The translations under genes and the position numbers were made by a program. Below are positions 8,259 to 11,712 of a DNA stretch of 11,712 nt, piece by piece. Location: the NCBI GenBank assembly GCA_003133025.1, contig PKZK01000112.1, positions 1 to 11,712 on the forward strand, read 5' to 3'. Source of the DNA: Vulcanimicrobiota bacterium (GTDB lineage: Bacteria; Vulcanimicrobiota; Vulcanimicrobiia; Vulcanimicrobiales; Vulcanimicrobiaceae). The first letter of the stretch is position 1; each line of letters starts with the position of its first letter. Below the pieces are notes generated by a model. That model was not told the DNA's origin, did not search any database, and saw only the letters and a program-made list of their open reading frames with translations.

Positions 8259-9365
8259 TCAGACGGCTTCCGCGCGGCGCATGGCCGCGGCGTGCTTGAC
8301 CGCGGCGATGCGCTCGGGCGTCACGGCTTTGTCGAACGCGCGCATGTCGGCGAGGGTGAAGCCGGCGCGGCGCGCGAGCCCTTCGATCTCGCGCACCTTG
8401 TCGAGTTGGATGCCGCGGCCGAGCGTATAGTGCTCGCGACGCTCTTCGAGCGCGAGCACCATCGTCTCGGACATGCAGGCCAGCGCCGTGCGCGGCGGCA
8501 GCCCGAGATCGAAATCGAGTTCGGGTTCGCGGACGCGCCCGAAGCGCGGCGTGCCGGGCACGCGCATGTTGCCGCCTTCGGTCACGAGCACGTCGGGACG
8601 TTCGACGGCGACCCGTCGACCCACATCGTGCGGCAGCGAGAGTTCGCAGACCACCGCGCCGGTTTGCAGATCTTGGGGTTCGATCAATTCTTGCGTCGAG
8701 GTGGTCGCCGTCAACACGATCTGCCCGCGGCGCACGGCGGCGCGCACGTCGGTCTCGATCGAGAGTCCGCAGGCGACGCGCCCTTCGAGTTTCGCTTGCA
8801 GCGCGCGCAACCGCGTGAGGTTGCGCGCGACGAGCACGATGTGTTCGACGCGGGGCGCGATCAGTTCCACGCACGCCGAGCCGATCGAACCGGTCGCACC
8901 GATGATCACGGCCGTCGCCCGCGGCAGGTCGATCTCCATCTCGCGCGCGCCGCGCAAGAGGCTTTCCACGCCCGCGGCGATCGTGAGCGAGTTGCCCGTG
9001 GTCACGGCGATCGGCGAACGTTCGGCGATCGTCACGCCCGCGTCGCCGACGACGCCCGTGAACGCACCCAAGCCCGCGACCTCGGCGCCGAGTTCCGCGC
9101 CGATCTCGATCGCTTTGAGAATCTTGGCGTAGACCGTCTCGCGCGGCAGCGTCAGCATCTGTTCGGGCATGTAAGTCGCCGCGACGAACCAGCCCTCGGT
9201 CTCCCGTCCGTCGGGTGTGCGAACGCCCGTGATGTGCGCCGCGGCGTAGGCCGGCATCCACTCCATGATCTTCCGGATCAGCGGAAGGCCCTTACCGGCC
9301 GCCCCCGGCTCGTAGCGGAGCACGTCTTCGAGCGACGTCGGGTGGATGACAAAGGCGAACTTCAT
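8259..9365 (-). CDS. Acyl-ACP/acyl-CoA reductase (AAR)-like NAD(P)-dependent thioester reductase (often mis-annotated shikimate dehydrogenase), about 368 aa
   Basis: Start MKFAFVIHP at ATG 9365 (alternative ATG 9377). Collinear with cyanobacterial AAR motifs: VAGLGAFT (SALGGFT), VTTGNSLT (FTTGNTHT), IIGATGSIGSA (VVGATGDIGSA), LVARN, EGG, LACMSETMVLALE (FACFAEAMLLEFE, catalytic Cys; codon at 8475-8477), YTLGR (FSWGR), terminal GF. Confidence 0.85.
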   Translation of the reverse strand: MKFAFVIHPTSLEDVLRYEPGAAGKGLPLIRKIMEWMPAYAAAHITGVRTPDGRETEGWFVAATYMPEQMLTLPRETVYAKILKAIEIGAELGAEVAGLGAFTGVVGDAGVTIAERSPIAVTTGNSLTIAAGVESLLRGAREMEIDLPRATAVIIGATGSIGSACVELIAPRVEHIVLVARNLTRLRALQAKLEGRVACGLSIETDVRAAVRRGQIVLTATTSTQELIEPQDLQTGAVVCELSLPHDVGRRVAVERPDVLVTEGGNMRVPGTPRFGRVREPELDFDLGLPPRTALACMSETMVLALEERREHYTLGRGIQLDKVREIEGLARRAGFTLADMRAFDKAVTPERIAAVKHAAAMRRAEAV

Positions 9366-9465
9366 CGGCCTTCCCATCTTCGCACTCGAACCCCCCGGAC
9401 CATTGAGAGGAATGTCTATTTGGCGGGCGTAGGTTTTCCACAGACGGGAGCGCGAAGGCCCGTCG

Positions 9466-10140
9466 ATGACGACGACGCCAAGCGAACTCTCCGCCCTCGA
9501 GGAGACCGTCAGGATCCCCTCGCCGACCCCCGCGCCGCAGTCGCTGGCGCACGACGGGAACCATCTCTGGGTGGGGTCCTGGGAGACGCAGCGCGTGTAC
9601 GGGCTCAGTCCGAGCCAAGCGCGCGTGATCGAGGAGACGACCGCGCCCGGGCGGCCCGTCGGCGCAACGGTGGTGGGCGATGAATTGCGTTTCGTATGCT
9701 CGGAGAACGGCGACGCCGACGAGCGCTTCATCCGGCGCTTCGTTCCCGGCCACGGCTTCAAGTCGCGCGATGCGGTCGCGTGTCCCGACGATACGGGCTC
9801 GTTTCTGGCCTACGACGGCGAGCATCTCTGGCTCAGTCAGCGCTATAACAAGCGCGTTCTCGAACTCGACCCGCAGCATCGGGTGATCCGCGCCGTCGAC
9901 GTCGGCGAGGAGATCCTGGGCATGACGTGGTCCGGCAGCGGCCTGTATCTCTCGACCTGGCTCGGCAAAGAGCGCGGAGGCTGCCGGATCGCGTATCTGG
10001 AGCCGCGGTCGGAAACGTCCGTACCGCGCTTCGTGGCCCAAGCACCTTTCGTCGCCGTTTCACTCGCCTGGGACGGCGATCGTTTGTGGACCAACGACTT
10101 CAAGCAAAACCAAATCGTCGCATTCCAGCTACCCGCCTAG
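9466..10140 (+). CDS. Hypothetical beta-propeller protein (glutamine cyclotransferase/YncE-like repeats), 224 aa
   Basis: Five blade-like repeats: PQSLAHDGNHLWVGS, PVGATVVGDELRFV, SFLAYDGEHLWLSQ, LGMTWSGSGLYLST, VSLAWDGDRLWTND. Fills the gap between two minus-strand genes without overlap; no signal peptide seen. Confidence 0.75.
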   Translation: MTTTPSELSALEETVRIPSPTPAPQSLAHDGNHLWVGSWETQRVYGLSPSQARVIEETTAPGRPVGATVVGDELRFVCSENGDADERFIRRFVPGHGFKSRDAVACPDDTGSFLAYDGEHLWLSQRYNKRVLELDPQHRVIRAVDVGEEILGMTWSGSGLYLSTWLGKERGGCRIAYLEPRSETSVPRFVAQAPFVAVSLAWDGDRLWTNDFKQNQIVAFQLPA

Positions 10141-10162
10141 CGAGGCTGCGGCAAGCCTTCGC
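10140..10162. terminator. Possible hairpin between convergent genes (weak bidirectional terminator candidate)
   Basis: GCGAGGCT-GCGGCA-AGCCTTCGC can form an 8-bp stem with one bulge in the 26-nt gap between convergent stops; there is no U-tract. Confidence 0.3.
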
Positions 10163-10166
10163 CCAA

Positions 10167-10601
10167 TTAGCGTTCGGCTTCGCGCTTGAGGGCGGCCAGC
10201 ATCATCTCGGCGTTTTCCTGGACCTTGCGGTGCAGGGTGGGCCCGATCAATTCGGCGAGGGTGGGCACGCCGAAGTCGTAGTCGACGGTGAGGCGCACGC
10301 GCGTGGTGCCGTCGCCGCCTTCGAACGTCCAACTGCCCTCGAACTTATCCAGATCGCCTTCGAGCAGACGGTAGTCGACGCGCAACTTCTCGTCGTCGAA
10401 AACGTCCTCTTCGGTCCATTCGATCGGCGCTTCTTCGACCAGCGTCTTCCAGCGCGACACGATGCGCGAGCCGTCGCGCTCGACGATCGCGATCGACTCG
10501 ACGTCGGGCATGAACTCGGGAAAGCGCTCTTGGTCCTTGGCGAGTTCGTAGACGTCTCGCGCCGCCGCCGCGATGACGATGTGACTTTCGACCGCCGGCA
10601 C
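10167..10601 (-). CDS. SRPBCC/START (polyketide cyclase/lipid-binding) domain protein, 144 aa
   Basis: Helix-grip pattern: IAAAARDVYELAKDQERFPEFMPDVES, SRW, EGDLDKFEGSWTF, TRVRLTVDYDFG, C-terminal helix ENAEMMLAALKREAE. GTG start 1 nt after the aminotransferase stop. Confidence 0.92.
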   Translation of the reverse strand: MPAVESHIVIAAAARDVYELAKDQERFPEFMPDVESIAIVERDGSRIVSRWKTLVEEAPIEWTEEDVFDDEKLRVDYRLLEGDLDKFEGSWTFEGGDGTTRVRLTVDYDFGVPTLAELIGPTLHRKVQENAEMMLAALKREAER

Positions 10602-10602
10602 G

Positions 10603-11712
10603 TTACGCCGTTTCGGTCTTGGGCGAGAGGCTGCCTAAGCGTTCGGCCGCGACGTGCACGCCGCCGCGCAGCGCCGCGAGCGCCCGGTCGACTTCGGGCG
10701 CGCTCACGACGAGCGGGGGCTCGAGCCGGATCACGCGCTGCTGGTTGAGCGTCCAGGCGGCGGTCACGCCCGCTTTGAGCATCTCCGGAATGATCGTGCC
10801 GCCGTAGCCTTCGCTGGTCAGCTCGACGCCGGCGAGCAAACCGAGCCCGCGCGCCTCGCGCACGACCGACGGATACTCGCTCGCGATGCGGCGCGCGCCC
10901 GCGAGCAACTGTTCGCCGCGCGCGCGCGCGTTTGCGACCAGGTCATCGTCGCGCAACACCGCGAGCGCGGCGAGCGCCGCGGCGCAGGCCAACGGGTTGC
11001 CGCCGAACGTCGAGGTGTGGATCAACGGCGCCTTACCGTACGCGGCATTCCACGCGCCGGGACGCGCGACGAACGCGCCGATCGGCACCACGCCGCCGGA
11101 AAGCCCTTTGGCCAAGACCAGCACGTCGGGCACGACGCCGTCGCGTTCGCAAGCAAAGAGGTAGCCGCAGCGCCCGAGGCCGGTCTGCACCTCGTCGGCA
11201 ATCAGCAACGCGCCCGCGCGGTCGCACGCCTCGCGCGCTCTCGCGAGGTATCCCGCAGGCGGAACGTTGACGCCGCCCTCGCCTTGCACCGGTTCGACGA
11301 TGAAAGCGGCGGCATCGACCAGCGCCGCATCGAGCGCATCCGCATCGCCGTACGCGACGTGCACGACGTCGCTCAGCAACGGCCGAAAGGGCGCCTTGAA
11401 CGCTTCGCGGCCGCTCGCCGAGAGCGCGCCGAACGTCTTGCCGTGATAGGCGTCGTGCGTCGCCACGATCTTCGCCCGGCCGGTCGCGGCGCGGGCGAGC
11501 TTGAGCGCCCCTTCGACCGCCTCCGTGCCGCTATTTGCGAAAAACGAGTACGTCAGATCGCCCGGCGCTATCTCCGCGAGTGCGCGGGCGAGCCGTCCGG
11601 CGAGCGGCGAGAACATCGTCTTTCCCGAGAGCGCCATCGTTTCGAGCTGGTCGCGCACGGCGGCGACCACGCGCGGATGGGAGTGGCCCAGCGTGAAGAC
11701 GCCGTAACCTCC
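10603..11712 (-). CDS. Class III PLP-dependent aminotransferase (putrescine aminotransferase PatA/acetylornithine aminotransferase-like), 5'-truncated by the window
   Basis: Frame open to the window edge (GGYGVFTLGHSHPRVVAAV). Motifs FFANSGTEAVEGALKLAR, YHGKTFGALS, EPVQGEGG, LIADEVQTGLGRCG, PDVLVLAKGLSGG (PLP Lys, codon 11107-11109), HTSTFGGNPLAC, IRLEPPL. Confidence 0.95.
   Translation of the reverse strand, partial: GGYGVFTLGHSHPRVVAAVRDQLETMALSGKTMFSPLAGRLARALAEIAPGDLTYSFFANSGTEAVEGALKLARAATGRAKIVATHDAYHGKTFGALSASGREAFKAPFRPLLSDVVHVAYGDADALDAALVDAAAFIVEPVQGEGGVNVPPAGYLARAREACDRAGALLIADEVQTGLGRCGYLFACERDGVVPDVLVLAKGLSGGVVPIGAFVARPGAWNAAYGKAPLIHTSTFGGNPLACAAALAALAVLRDDDLVANARARGEQLLAGARRIASEYPSVVREARGLGLLAGVELTSEGYGGTIIPEMLKAGVTAAWTLNQQRVIRLEPPLVVSAPEVDRALAALRGGVHVAAERLGSLSPKTETA

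Noticed and set aside
7771..9261. 496-aa ORF as a long OsmC fusion
   Set aside because: Only the last 160 aa are OsmC-like; the rest is an alternative frame of the reductase gene.
6857..9365. Shikimate/quinate catabolism or aromatic biosynthesis cluster
   Set aside because: Shikimate dehydrogenase catalytic motifs are not seen and no dehydroquinase or other aro genes are present.
9366..9465. Specific sigma70 or sigma54 promoter calls (TTGAGA, TAGACA, TGGC...)
   Set aside because: No correctly spaced -10 or -12 partner element found.
9378..9761. N-terminal extension of the reductase ORF (to 9761)
   Set aside because: It is antisense to the propeller gene and crosses the intergenic gap; family similarity begins at MKFAFVIHP.
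10167..10601. Type II polyketide cluster implied by a 'polyketide cyclase' label
   Set aside because: No ketosynthase, chain-length factor or ACP gene in the window; a lipid-binding role is more economical.
1085..10748. Many long antisense or alternate-frame ORFs (e.g. 1085..2479, 2587..3942, 4024..5451, 8292..9683, 9927..10748)
   Set aside because: Expected shadow ORFs in high-GC coding DNA; Arg/Ala-rich with no recognisable motifs.
1..11712. CRISPR arrays, tRNA/rRNA, riboswitches, IS elements, defence systems
   Set aside because: Nearly all sequence is coding, the largest gap is 100 nt, and no spaced repeats, transposase, integrase or nuclease motifs were seen.

Overview
High-GC, densely coding bacterial window with no RNA genes, mobile elements or CRISPR arrays that I can support. 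The + strand left arm (1-3939) is a coupled three-gene unit: the 3' end of a Cys-rich TonB-dependent receptor-like protein, a Tat-exported flavin amine oxidase and an APC permease. The - strand right arm (11712 down to 3979) carries a class III PLP aminotransferase (PatA-like, 5'-truncated) and a START/SRPBCC protein, then an oppositely oriented five-repeat beta-propeller gene, then a tightly packed run of an acyl-ACP-reductase-like Rossmann protein with its catalytic Cys, an OsmC-family protein, an uncharacterised 'quinate 5-dehydrogenase'-type protein and two more APC permeases. The most interesting signal is the aminotransferase + START + acyl-thioester-reductase-like + unknown protein set. 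It looks like a split version of the TamH-type reductase/transaminase chemistry and is a candidate long-chain alkylamine (amino-lipid) pathway, sitting in a wider amine uptake/oxidation neighbourhood. Family assignments come from motifs read in the translations and recalled family knowledge; no searches were run. A diderm Terrabacteria host such as Eremiobacterota is my unverified guess.
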